A DNA stretch of 64,000 bases from Alphaproteobacteria bacterium (GTDB taxonomy: Bacteria; Pseudomonadota; Alphaproteobacteria; UBA828): NCBI GenBank assembly GCA_965221125.1, contig CBDCRW010000004.1:32001-96000 (forward strand), written 5' to 3'. A model generated the notes under the pieces. That model saw only the letters and a program-made list of their open reading frames with translations, was not told where the DNA came from and did not search any database. Of this stretch, positions 37,489-47,093 are shown one piece after another. How positions within the stretch are numbered: the first letter of the stretch is position 1; every line of letters starts with the position of its first letter. The translations under genes and the position numbers were made by a program.

Positions 37489-38097
37489 GTGCCCACACAG
37501 GCGAGCACCTTGGACCCGGCGGAATCGCAGGAAACCCGCCCTCCTGTCTCCGCCTTCCGCCGGCTGCGCTACCTCGTGCCGGTGTTCGTTTTCGTGGCGC
37601 TGGCGGCTGCCCTCGGCGTTCAGCTGCTCACCGGCGATCCGAGCAAGGTGCCGTCGGCGCTGATCGACAAGCCGGTGCCGGAGTTCGCGCTCCCGCCGGT
37701 CCAGGGGTTCGAGGAGGCGGGCGGCTTCGCGACCGCCGACCTCGGCAAGGGCGAGATCGTGCTGGTCAACATCTTCGCCTCCTGGTGCGGCCCCTGCCGG
37801 GTCGAGCATCCGCTGTTCATGGCGCTCGCGGAGGCCGGCACGGTCCCCCTCTATGGCATCAACTATAAGGATTTACCGGAGGACGCCGAGCGCTGGCTCG
37901 GCCGCCTCGGCAATCCCTACACGCTGATGGGGGCCGATCTCGACGGCCGAACGGGGATCGACTGGGGCGTCTACGGCGTGCCCGAGACCTTCGTGGTGGA
38001 CGGTGCCGGGCGCATCCGCCACCGCCACGTGGGCGTGCTCTCCCAGTACGACCTGGACGAGACGATCCTGCCGTTGATCGAGGAACTCGGCGGATGA
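37489..38097 (+). CDS. ccmG: Thiol:disulfide interchange protein CcmG/DsbE
   Basis: PSALIDKPVP, NIFASWCGPCRVEHP, WGVYGVPETF; start uncertain (GTG 37402 or 37489). Confidence 0.9.
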   Translation: MPTQASTLDPAESQETRPPVSAFRRLRYLVPVFVFVALAAALGVQLLTGDPSKVPSALIDKPVPEFALPPVQGFEEAGGFATADLGKGEIVLVNIFASWCGPCRVEHPLFMALAEAGTVPLYGINYKDLPEDAERWLGRLGNPYTLMGADLDGRTGIDWGVYGVPETFVVDGAGRIRHRHVGVLSQYDLDETILPLIEELGG

Positions 38098-38582
38098 GCG
38101 GCGTGCGGCGGGCCATGCTGGGCGCGTCCTGCGCGCTCTGGCTCGTGCTGGCGGCGGGCCCCGGCCTCGCGTTCTCGCCCGACGAGCCGCTCGGCGATCC
38201 GGCGCTCGAAGACCGCGCCCGCGCGCTCCACGAAGAGCTTCGCTGCATGGTGTGCCAGGGCCAGTCCATCGCCGATTCCGATGCGGCGCTCGCGCAGGAC
38301 ATGCGCGCCATCGTCCGCGAGCGCATCGCCGCCGGCGAGAGCGACGATGCGGTGCGCGGCTTCCTCACCGCGCGCTACGGCGACTACGTCCTGCTCGACC
38401 CGCCGGTGAAGCCCGAGACCTATGCGCTCTGGTTCGGGCCGGCCGCCGTCTTCGTCGCCGGCGCCGCCATCGCCTTCGCCCTGCTGCGCCGCTCGCGTGC
38501 CGCCGCGCGCCGTGCCGAGGCGGCGCCTCTCTCGGCGGAGGAGCGGCGGCGGCTCGACGCCCTTCTCGACGACGACACCTAG
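38094..38582 (+). CDS. ccmH: Cytochrome c biogenesis protein CcmH/CycL
   Basis: LRCMVCQGQSIADS..LAQDMR, RYGDYVL. Confidence 0.94.
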   Translation: MSGVRRAMLGASCALWLVLAAGPGLAFSPDEPLGDPALEDRARALHEELRCMVCQGQSIADSDAALAQDMRAIVRERIAAGESDDAVRGFLTARYGDYVLLDPPVKPETYALWFGPAAVFVAGAAIAFALLRRSRAAARRAEAAPLSAEERRRLDALLDDDT

Positions 38583-38601
38583 GCACCCAACCGGGCGACC
38601 G

Positions 38602-39993
38602 ATGATCTTCGCGCTGGCCGCCGCCCTGCTGACGGCGCTTGCCGTGGCTGCGGTGCTGATCCCGGTGCTGCGCCGCCAGCGCCGGGGCCCGTCGCGGGCG
38701 GATTACGACCTCACCGTCTACCGCGACCAGCTCCGCGAGCTGGAGAGCGACCGCGCGCGCGGGCTGGTGAGCGCGGAGCAGGAGCAGGCGGCCCGCACCG
38801 AGATCGAGCGGCGCATGCTGCGCACGGACCGCGCGCGGGAGGCGGCGCCGGACGCCCGGAGGGCGAACGCCCGCGGGCGCACGACGTGGCGCCGGCGCGC
38901 GGCGGCGGTGGGCCTCGGCCTCTGCATCCCGGCGCTTGCCGCCGGCGTCTACGCGAGCCTCGGCAGCCCCGGACTGCCGGGCCGCCCCTTCGCCGAGATC
39001 GAGCGCCCGGCCGCGACCGCCGAAGCGACCGCGGCCATCGGCGAGTCGGTCGAGCGGCTCGCGGCCCGGCTCGAGAGCGACCCCGACAACCTCGATGGCT
39101 GGCTCCTGCTCGGCCGCTCCTACGTCGTGCTGCAGCGCTACCCGGAGGCGGCCGATGCGCTGCGCCGGGCGGCCGCGCTCTCCGGCGGCGACCCGGAAGT
39201 GCTGACGATGCTGGGCGAGGCGATCGTCTGGGCCAACGGCGGGGTGGTCGCGCCCGAGGCGGTCGGCGTCTTCCGCCGGGCCCTCGAAGCACGGCCGGAC
39301 GACCCGGCCGCCCGCTTCCACCTGGCACTCGCCCGCGCGCAGGCCGGGCAGGTGCAGGAGGCCTACGAGATGTGGCTCGCGCTCGCCGCCGATACGCCGG
39401 CCGAAGCGGCCTGGCGCGGCGATCTCGAAGCGCTCATCGGTCAGGCCGCCGAGGTGCTGGGCGTCGAGCCGGGGGCGCTCCCGCTTGCGCCGCCGCTCGC
39501 CGAGGCGCCCTCCGGCCCGACGGCGGACGACGTGGCGGCCGCCGCCGACATGACGCCGGAGGAGCGCATGGAGATGATCCGCTCCATGGTGGCGGGCCTC
39601 GCCGCGCGGCTAGAGGAAAACCCGGACGACCCGGAAGGCTGGCGCCGGCTCGCCCGCTCCTACGCCGTGCTCGGCGAAGCGGAGAAGGCGCTCGACACGC
39701 TGCGCCGGGCGGTGGAGCTCGCGCCCGACGATCCCGAAACCCTTCATGCCTACGCCCGTATCCTCGCGGGCGACCTCGGCTCCAACGCCCCGCCCCCGGA
39801 AGCGGTCGCGGTTTACGAGCGCATTCTGGCGCTGGATCCTGACGACGGCGCTGCCCTCTGGTTCACAGGCCTCGCGGCGGCGGAACGCGGCGATGCCGCC
39901 ACCGCGCGCACGCATTGGCAGCGCCTTCTGCCCCTGCTCGCGCCCGGCACCGAAGAGCACCAGGCCGTCCGCTCCGCGCTCAACGCCCTCTAG
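38602..39993 (+). CDS. ccmI: Cytochrome c biogenesis protein CcmI/CycH (TPR)
   Basis: VYRDQLRELE.D..RGL, Y..LGSP, TPR repeats, MIRSMVAGLAARL. Confidence 0.92.
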   Translation: MIFALAAALLTALAVAAVLIPVLRRQRRGPSRADYDLTVYRDQLRELESDRARGLVSAEQEQAARTEIERRMLRTDRAREAAPDARRANARGRTTWRRRAAAVGLGLCIPALAAGVYASLGSPGLPGRPFAEIERPAATAEATAAIGESVERLAARLESDPDNLDGWLLLGRSYVVLQRYPEAADALRRAAALSGGDPEVLTMLGEAIVWANGGVVAPEAVGVFRRALEARPDDPAARFHLALARAQAGQVQEAYEMWLALAADTPAEAAWRGDLEALIGQAAEVLGVEPGALPLAPPLAEAPSGPTADDVAAAADMTPEERMEMIRSMVAGLAARLEENPDDPEGWRRLARSYAVLGEAEKALDTLRRAVELAPDDPETLHAYARILAGDLGSNAPPPEAVAVYERILALDPDDGAALWFTGLAAAERGDAATARTHWQRLLPLLAPGTEEHQAVRSALNAL

Positions 39994-40193
39994 CCGGAAG
40001 CGCGCCCCTCCCCGGCGCGTCGCCGGCCTCCACCGATATCCGGCGCAGCGGCGGGCATCCCTCGATGACACCAATCCGTCACGGAAGCGCAACCGTCGCT
40101 TCACGCCCGCCGCCTAGCCTCGTCCCCAGGGAGCCGCCTGCGTGGGCTCGGAATATCCGTTCGTCGAACGAACCAGCGAAAGAGGAGAGGGTG

Positions 40194-41465
40194 ATGGGAT
40201 TCGTGCGCATTCGGTGTCGCTTCGGGGGGCGGTCTCTGGCCGCAGCGCTTCTCGGCACGACCTTCCTGGTGAGCCTCGCGGCCCCTGCGCTCGCCGACAG
40301 CCACCTCGAATCGGAGAATGCCGAGCTCCGCTCCCAGATCGAGGATCTGCGGCAGGAGGTCGAGATCCTCAAGAACATGGTGGTCCAGCAGGGCAGCAGG
40401 ATGATGGAGGAGTCGGAGCCCGCAGAACCGCCCAAGATGGTGAAGTCCGGCAAGGACAGGGTGAGTCTCAAGGTCTACGGCCAGGTCAACCGGATGCTGC
40501 TCAGCGCCAACGACGGCAGCGAGAGCCGCCTCTTCCATGCGGACAACGACATGTCGTCCACCCGCGTGGGCTTCAAGGGCAAGACCAGGATGGACGGCGG
40601 GTGGTCGGCCGGCACCACCATCGAAGTACAGATCGAATCGAACTCGTCGTCCAAGGTGCACCTTGGGGACGATGGGGACGACGTAAACACCGGCAAGGAG
40701 TCATTCTCCGAGCGCAAGCTCGAGTTCTGGGTCAAGCACAAGGGGGCGGGCAAGTTCTCCGTCGGCCAGGGCAGCACCGCGTCCGACGGTGTGGCCGAAG
40801 CGGATCTCTCCGGCACCGGCGTGATCAGCGGCTCGGGCTCCGGCGGTGCGATGGGCGCCGACGTCAAATTCGTGGACTCCAATGGCGAGCGCACCAAGAA
40901 GGTCGACGCGATCTTCGACAATCTCGATGGGCAAAGCCGGAAGGATCGGTTGCGCTACGATTCGCCGAGCTTTGGCGGCTTCCAGATCTCGAGTTCCATC
41001 CAGAGCGACAAGGACGATGGCGAGTCCGGTCCCTGGGATCTGGCCCTGCGCTACGGTGCCGACCTCGACGGTTTCGAGGTCGAGGCAGTGGCCGCCCAAT
41101 GGACGAATGGCGACGACACCGGCATGGGCGCTTCGGCGTCGGTCCTGGCACCCAGCGGCACGAGCGCCACTCTCGCCTATTCGACCGAGGAGGACGGCGA
41201 AGACAGCGCGGCGTTCACATACGCCAAGCTGGGGCAGAAGTTCGACGTCAGCTCCGTCGGCAGCACGGCGGTCTCCGTCGGGTTCATGGATGCCGAGAAC
41301 GCCGACGGCGATACCGGCAGCTACTACGACGTGGCCGTCGTGCAGAAGATCAAGGACCTCGGCGCCGAGATCTACGGCATCTACGGCGTCTACGACGCCG
41401 GCATCGTCGACACCTCGACCAGCAACGTCACCGTCACCGGCATCGGCGCCCGTATCAAGTTCTGA
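40194..41465 (+). CDS. Outer-membrane porin with N-terminal coiled coil
   Basis: Signal peptide, coiled coil ELRSQIEDLRQEVEIL, VSLKVYGQVNR, STRVGFKG, RLRYDSPSFGGF, C-terminal Phe. Confidence 0.88.
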   Translation: MGFVRIRCRFGGRSLAAALLGTTFLVSLAAPALADSHLESENAELRSQIEDLRQEVEILKNMVVQQGSRMMEESEPAEPPKMVKSGKDRVSLKVYGQVNRMLLSANDGSESRLFHADNDMSSTRVGFKGKTRMDGGWSAGTTIEVQIESNSSSKVHLGDDGDDVNTGKESFSERKLEFWVKHKGAGKFSVGQGSTASDGVAEADLSGTGVISGSGSGGAMGADVKFVDSNGERTKKVDAIFDNLDGQSRKDRLRYDSPSFGGFQISSSIQSDKDDGESGPWDLALRYGADLDGFEVEAVAAQWTNGDDTGMGASASVLAPSGTSATLAYSTEEDGEDSAAFTYAKLGQKFDVSSVGSTAVSVGFMDAENADGDTGSYYDVAVVQKIKDLGAEIYGIYGVYDAGIVDTSTSNVTVTGIGARIKF

Positions 41466-41470
41466 TCGCG

Positions 41471-41505
41471 CCGCACGGGCCGCCTCCGCACGGGAGGCGG
41501 TGCGG
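41471..41505. terminator. GC hairpin between convergent porin and oxygenase genes
   Basis: CCGCCTCC-GCACG-GGAGGCGG stem just after the porin stop; no U-tract. Confidence 0.35.
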
Positions 41506-41563
41506 AGGAACAAGGGGGCGGTCGCGCCGGGCGGCCGCCCCGTCGCGCTCATGGGGTGAGGCT

Positions 41564-42136
41564 CTACACCCCCATGAAGCTGATCCAGCCGGTTACGATA
41601 TACTTCTCTTCCCGCGGCGCCACCTCGCCCCGGTGGGTGTGAGTGAAGCCCGCCGGCCAGATCACGGTCTTGCCCTTGGCCGGCGTGACGAGATGCTCCT
41701 GGAAGGTGAAGTAGGTGCCGCCGCCTTCCCTGATGTCGTTGAGGAAGGTCTGGAACGCCAGCACCCGGTGGCCGAGGTCGAGGCCGCTGCTCTCGTAGTG
41801 GGCGCCGTGGAAGGCGCCGCCCGGCTTGTAGTACTGCATCTGCGGCGGCTCCAGGAAGCCGAGCTTGTCCGATGCCTCGCCCAGCACCGGGAATGCGCGG
41901 AGGTAATCGCCGAGGCAGGCCATGACGTGGCCGCGGTAGGCGCGCACCGACTTGGCGTAGACCTCGTAGGGGAAACAGGTGAGGCTCGCGTCTTCGGAAT
42001 CCTTCCAGGCCTTGTCGACGCCCTTGGCGCTCGTCCCCGGCCGGGTGAGGCCGAGCCGGCGCGTTCGCTTGAAGCCCTTGATCAGCTCGTCGCAGAGCGC
42101 GGGCTTCTCGATCTCGTATTCCCTGATCCAGCGCAT
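41564..42136 (-). CDS. 2OG-Fe(II) oxygenase (prolyl-hydroxylase-like)
   Basis: QYYKPGGAFHGAHYE (HxE), FLND..EGGGTYF, IWPAGFTHTHRG, EKYIVTGW. Confidence 0.9.
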   Translation of the reverse strand: MRWIREYEIEKPALCDELIKGFKRTRRLGLTRPGTSAKGVDKAWKDSEDASLTCFPYEVYAKSVRAYRGHVMACLGDYLRAFPVLGEASDKLGFLEPPQMQYYKPGGAFHGAHYESSGLDLGHRVLAFQTFLNDIREGGGTYFTFQEHLVTPAKGKTVIWPAGFTHTHRGEVAPREEKYIVTGWISFMGV

Positions 42137-42407
42137 CCTCGGATCCTGACTCCGCACACGGTTGTTCGCACCCGCACACCTGCCGTCATACGCCTGCCGT
42201 CATGCACCTGCGCGCGGGCATTCTACGCGCGTCCATTCTAATTGCATTTGCATGCTCGGTGCCCCTTGCATGAGCAGCGCCTCATGGTATTGTGCGCCGC
42301 GCAAAGGGAGTGTCGAAAGGCGCCGCGCCCGCGCGGCGCACCACCTTGGACAAACGACTGAGAACCGGGTCCGCACGTCTCGGCCCGGTACGAGAGGGAG
42401 GGTGCGC

Positions 42408-44021
42408 ATGTCGCATACCGACAAGAAAGAGCAGTTTACGAAGGAGCTTTACCGGCTCTGGTCGATGCACGCGGACCGGAAGAACTACAAGGTCTCGCGG
42501 CGTGACCTGATCAAGGGCATGGCCGGCCTCGGCCTCGGCGCCGGCGCCATCAAGATGCTCATGAACCAGGCGCCCTTCAGCGTGCGTCAGGCTTGGGCGG
42601 CCGAGGGTGCCACGCCCGAGGAGCGCGCCATCAACGGCGCCAAGGCGCTCTTCGACAGCGCCGAGAAGAAGACCATCAGCATCATGTACCCGTCGGGCTC
42701 CGGCGGTAACCTGTCGCCCTTCGTCGACGAGTGGAAGGGGCTCACCGGCTTCGATCTCGAGCTGATCGAGGTGCCGGTCACCGAGACCCACCAGAAGGCG
42801 ATGCAGGAAGCGGTGGCGAAGACGGGCCGTTACGACATCATGATCCCGGCGCCGCTCAGCCTCGCCGACCTCGCCGAATCCGGCGTGGCGCGTCCCCTCG
42901 ACGACTACATGGACAAGTACGATCCCGAGGTCTACTCGGGGCCGAACCAGCTCCAGTTCCCGGTGTCCGACTTCGGGCAGAAGTACAAGGGCAAGACCTA
43001 CGGCCTCTACTGCGACGGCGACTGGTGGCACCTCAGCTACCGCAAGGACAAGCTCGCCGAGAAGGGCCTGGCGCCGAAGTCGAAGCGCGAGATGGTCCAC
43101 ACCTGGGGCGAGTACGACGAGCTGTGCGCCACGATGCACGACCCGGACAACAACTTCTACGGCGCTCTCGAGTACCGCTCGCCGTTCTGGAACAAGTTCC
43201 ACTGGATGACGCGGGTCCAGTCGAAGGGCCACTTCTACTTCGACGAGGACATGAACTCGCTGGCCGACACGCCGCAGGGCATCGAGACGGTCAAGGAGCT
43301 GATCGCGCTGCAGGACATCATGCCGGCCGAGCAGTTCACCTACGGCTTCACCGAGAACTACGCGCAGTACTACGCGCAGGGCCGTGGCTTCTGCGAGTTC
43401 GGCTGGCCGTCGCTCTGGCGCTACAGCAACGACGCGGCGGGCTCCCAGTCGATCATCGCCGGCAAGGGCGAGGACGGCGAGCCCAACCAGACCGCCGTCT
43501 CCAAGGTGCCGGGCACCATGCACAACGGCGAGCTCATCCGCTCGTGCATCCACGCCTTCGCCTGGGACTTCGTGGTCAGCAACTACTCGCCGATCCAGGA
43601 AGCCGCGTACTGCTTCTCGCAGTGGATCACGGGGCCGACCATGTCGATGCGCTCGATCCCGAACGAGGGCGGCTACTTCGACCCGTGGCGCGACAACCAC
43701 TTCTTCGCTCCGTCGGCGGAGTTCTTCGCCGCCTATCCGGGCGATTTCCTGGCGACGCACGCCGAGGCGATCGTGGACGCGGTGCCGGAGATCCAGCTGC
43801 GCGGCGCGGCCGAGTACCTCAACGCGCTCGACGTCAATCTGACCGCGGCCTACAACGGCAACAAGTCGCCGGAAGAGGCCATGGAAGACACCGCCAAGGA
43901 GCAGAACCGCATCACGCGGCGTCTCGGCAAGGCGGAGCAGAAAGAGAGCTGGCACGGCCTGGCCAAGATGTATCCCGAGCCGCTGCAGAAGCTCGTCGGC
44001 GTCGACAAGTGGGTTCTGTAG
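42408..44021 (+). CDS. CUT1-type ABC substrate-binding protein, Tat-exported
   Basis: SRRDLIK twin-arginine motif, QAWA cleavage site, GKTYGL..DGD....YRKD; GAGGG RBS. Confidence 0.88.
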   Translation: MSHTDKKEQFTKELYRLWSMHADRKNYKVSRRDLIKGMAGLGLGAGAIKMLMNQAPFSVRQAWAAEGATPEERAINGAKALFDSAEKKTISIMYPSGSGGNLSPFVDEWKGLTGFDLELIEVPVTETHQKAMQEAVAKTGRYDIMIPAPLSLADLAESGVARPLDDYMDKYDPEVYSGPNQLQFPVSDFGQKYKGKTYGLYCDGDWWHLSYRKDKLAEKGLAPKSKREMVHTWGEYDELCATMHDPDNNFYGALEYRSPFWNKFHWMTRVQSKGHFYFDEDMNSLADTPQGIETVKELIALQDIMPAEQFTYGFTENYAQYYAQGRGFCEFGWPSLWRYSNDAAGSQSIIAGKGEDGEPNQTAVSKVPGTMHNGELIRSCIHAFAWDFVVSNYSPIQEAAYCFSQWITGPTMSMRSIPNEGGYFDPWRDNHFFAPSAEFFAAYPGDFLATHAEAIVDAVPEIQLRGAAEYLNALDVNLTAAYNGNKSPEEAMEDTAKEQNRITRRLGKAEQKESWHGLAKMYPEPLQKLVGVDKWVL

Positions 44022-44056
44022 TCCAGGCGTAACAGCACAACCGGACTACAGGTACC

Positions 44057-45043
44057 GTGGTTACGAAGACTGCGAACGGCGGCGTGTCCGCGCCTGCATT
44101 GCAGGCGCGGGCACGCCTGTTCGACCCCAACGACAAGCGCTACATCGGCATCCTCTTCATCACGCCGGTGCAGCTCTTGTTGATCACGATGCTGATTTTC
44201 CCCTTCGGCCTGGAGTTCTTCGTCGCGCTGACCGAGTGGCAGCCGACCTACGGAACCTCCATCTGGCATGCCGTGGGCACGGTGTTCTCCGGCGATGCCG
44301 AGCTCGGCCTCAATTACTATTACCTGGTGACGGACGAGCCGCGCTTCCTGGAGGCGCTGGGGCGGACGCTCGCCATATCGGTCTTGAGCCTCTGCCTCGA
44401 ATTCGTCATCGGGCTCGGGCTCGCCACGATTTTCCTTAAGTCATTCTGGGGCAAGCGCATCTGGTTCACCGCGCTGCTGACCCCGATGATGATCATGCCG
44501 GTCGTCGTCGGCTACACCTGGTTCATGCTGTTCCAGTACAGCGGTCCGGTCAATCAGGTGCTGGGCTGGATCGGCGGCACCTCTGCCGGCGCCGACCTGC
44601 AGTGGCTCAACAACGGCGTGCTGGCCTTCTTCGCCGTGGTCATCACCGAGGTCTGGCACTGGACGCCGCTGTTCTTCCTGATCCTGCTCTCCGGGCTGAA
44701 CGCGGTGCCGGAGAACCCGGTGCGCGCCGCGACCGTGCTCGGCGCCAGCAACTGGCGGATCTTCTGGACTGTCATCATGCCGAACATGCGGGGCGTCATC
44801 ATTATCGCCTTCGTGATCCGCGGCATGGAGGTCATCAAGCTCTTCGACGAGATCTACATCCTGACGCGCGGCGGCCCCGGCACGGCGACCGAGACCATGA
44901 GCCTCTATCTCTACAAGCTCGGCTTCCAGGACTTCCGTCTCGCCTACGCGGGCTCGGCAGGCTTCATCGTGCTGGTTATCACGGTGGTGATGATCAACAT
45001 GATGCTGAAGCCGATCCGCTACGAGTTGCTGGAGAAGCGTTAG
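44057..45043 (+). CDS. CUT1 ABC permease (MalF-like)
   Basis: PMMIMPVVVG, EVWHWTPLFFLILLSGL, FDEIYILTRGGPGTATET. Confidence 0.92.
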   Translation: MVTKTANGGVSAPALQARARLFDPNDKRYIGILFITPVQLLLITMLIFPFGLEFFVALTEWQPTYGTSIWHAVGTVFSGDAELGLNYYYLVTDEPRFLEALGRTLAISVLSLCLEFVIGLGLATIFLKSFWGKRIWFTALLTPMMIMPVVVGYTWFMLFQYSGPVNQVLGWIGGTSAGADLQWLNNGVLAFFAVVITEVWHWTPLFFLILLSGLNAVPENPVRAATVLGASNWRIFWTVIMPNMRGVIIIAFVIRGMEVIKLFDEIYILTRGGPGTATETMSLYLYKLGFQDFRLAYAGSAGFIVLVITVVMINMMLKPIRYELLEKR

Positions 45044-45991
45044 ATGGGCGCGCGGAAGTTCGGCCCCGGCAGCGCGATCGGGCTCGCCTTCGGGCTGCTC
45101 TTCGCGGTGTTCCCGCTGTTCTGGATGGTGTCCACCTCCTTCAAGCCGTCCAACGAGTGGGTCACGACGCCGCCGGTGTGGGTGTCGGAGAACGGCACCG
45201 TCACCAACTATCTCGTCATTCTGTGGCCGTCCGTCCTGCTCGAGCAGCGGGGCGGTCTCGGCCAGTACACCGAGGAGGGCGAGGTCACCGCCCAGCGCGC
45301 GACCGAATCCGACGCGGTGAGCGGCGCGGTCGCCGACTTCCTCACCAAGTCGGCGTGGCAGTCGATCCGGGGCTCGGTCATCATTTCGGTGCTCTCGACC
45401 ATGCTGTCCATTGTGGTCGGCTTCATGGCCGCAATTGCCATCGCGCGATACCGATTCGGTGGCAACATCACGCCCTTCTTCATATTATCGGGGCGAATGT
45501 TCCCGCCCATTGCGATCGCCATCCCGTTCGTCGTGATGTTCAGCGCGCCGGGAATCGAGGCGACCGACTCCTACTGGGGCCTGATCCTGGCCTATGCCGC
45601 GGTCACCGTGCCCTTCTCCACCTGGATGCTGAAGAGCTTCATCGACGAGCTGCCTCAGGAGATCGAGGAAGCCGCGATGATGGACGGCATGTCGCGATGG
45701 GAGGCGCACATCAAGGTCACCGTGCCGCTCATCAAGGGCGGGCTGATCGCGACCTCGCTCTTCATCTTCATCCTCAACTGGAGCGAGTTCCTGTTCGCGC
45801 TGGTGCTGACCTACACCAACGTCGAGACCATTCCGGTGAAGCTGTCGAAGTACTTCAGCGCCACCTCGGGCCAGCAGTACGGCATTCAGGCCGCGCTCGC
45901 CTGCGTCTCGATCGTTCCGCTGGTCATCGTCGGCTTCTTCATCCAGCGCCATCTGGTGCGCGGCCTCACCCTCGGCGCGATCAAGCGTTAG
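45044..45991 (+). CDS. CUT1 ABC permease (MalG-like)
   Basis: FPLFWMVSTSFK, LPQEIEEAAMMDG, FILNWSEFLFA. Confidence 0.92.
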   Translation: MGARKFGPGSAIGLAFGLLFAVFPLFWMVSTSFKPSNEWVTTPPVWVSENGTVTNYLVILWPSVLLEQRGGLGQYTEEGEVTAQRATESDAVSGAVADFLTKSAWQSIRGSVIISVLSTMLSIVVGFMAAIAIARYRFGGNITPFFILSGRMFPPIAIAIPFVVMFSAPGIEATDSYWGLILAYAAVTVPFSTWMLKSFIDELPQEIEEAAMMDGMSRWEAHIKVTVPLIKGGLIATSLFIFILNWSEFLFALVLTYTNVETIPVKLSKYFSATSGQQYGIQAALACVSIVPLVIVGFFIQRHLVRGLTLGAIKR

Positions 45992-45998
45992 CGGCACG

Positions 45999-47090
45999 AT
46001 GGCAAATATCAAGCTGGAGCTGGTGCAGCTCCGCAAGGAATTCGGCGACCTGATCGCCGTCGACGACATGTCCCTCGCCTGCGAGGAGGGCGAGACCATG
46101 GCGCTGCTGGGGCCGTCCGGCTGCGGCAAGTCGACCACGCTGAACATGATCGTGGGCCTCGAAGCGCCCACCGCGGGCGACATCCTGATCGACGGCAAGT
46201 CCGTGCTCGACACGCCGCCCGGTCAGCGCAACGTCGGCCTGGTGTTCCAGGACTACGCCGTCTTCACGCACATGAACGTCCGGCACAACCTGGAGTACGG
46301 GCTCCGCGTGCGCGGCATGAGCCGCCCGGACATGGAGCGCGAGGTGGCGAAGGTCGCGGCCTTCCTCAATCTCGGCCACCAGCTCGATAGCAAGCCCCTT
46401 GAGCTCGGCGCGAGCGAGCTGCAGCGCGTCGCCATCGGGCGCACCCTCGTGACCAACCCCGAGATCCTGCTGCTCGACGAGCCGCTCAGCAATCTCGAGG
46501 CCGAGATGCGCAACCAGATGCGCCGCGAGCTCCGCCGCATCCAAGCCGAGACGGGACAGACCATCATCTACGTGACCCACGACCAGATCGAGGCGCTCTC
46601 GCTCGCGCACCGTATCGCGGTCATGGATTTCGGCCAGCTCAAGCAGTACGACACGGCGCACAACGTCTACCACTATCCCGACAACACCTTCGTCGGCAGC
46701 TTCCTCGGCAATCCGCCGATGAACTTCGTGCGCGGGCAGTTCGGCCATGACGGCAACCGGCCCGTCGTGGCGCAGAACGGCTCCATCATTCCCGTGCCGC
46801 CGTCCAGCGCCGCGGGCCTGGGCGATGGCGCCGACGTGATCGTCGGCATGCGGCCGGAATCGATGGTGGTGGCGCAGGCGGACGACCCCGAAGCGTTCAA
46901 CGCCTCGGTCGTCGCGGTCGAGCCGCAGGGGCCGGAGACCGTTCTCACCGTGCGGGTCGGCCAGACCGACCTGAAGGTGATCGTGGAGACCGGCATGCAG
47001 GCCCACGAGGGCAGCGAGATCACAATCAGGCCGGACGCCGAGCTGCTGGCCATTTTCGACGCCGCCTCCGGCGTTCGCTTCAAGGCGTGA
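45999..47090 (+). CDS. ABC ATPase (MalK-like) with degenerate signature motif
   Basis: GPSGCGKST, VFQDYA, LGASE, LLLDEPLSNL, YVTHDQ. Confidence 0.92.
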   Translation: MANIKLELVQLRKEFGDLIAVDDMSLACEEGETMALLGPSGCGKSTTLNMIVGLEAPTAGDILIDGKSVLDTPPGQRNVGLVFQDYAVFTHMNVRHNLEYGLRVRGMSRPDMEREVAKVAAFLNLGHQLDSKPLELGASELQRVAIGRTLVTNPEILLLDEPLSNLEAEMRNQMRRELRRIQAETGQTIIYVTHDQIEALSLAHRIAVMDFGQLKQYDTAHNVYHYPDNTFVGSFLGNPPMNFVRGQFGHDGNRPVVAQNGSIIPVPPSSAAGLGDGADVIVGMRPESMVVAQADDPEAFNASVVAVEPQGPETVLTVRVGQTDLKVIVETGMQAHEGSEITIRPDAELLAIFDAASGVRFKA

Positions 47091-47093
47091 GCC

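Noticed and set aside
42200-42300. Sigma54 promoter for the ABC operon (TTGCA motifs)
   Set aside because: No GG at the required GG-N10-GC spacing.
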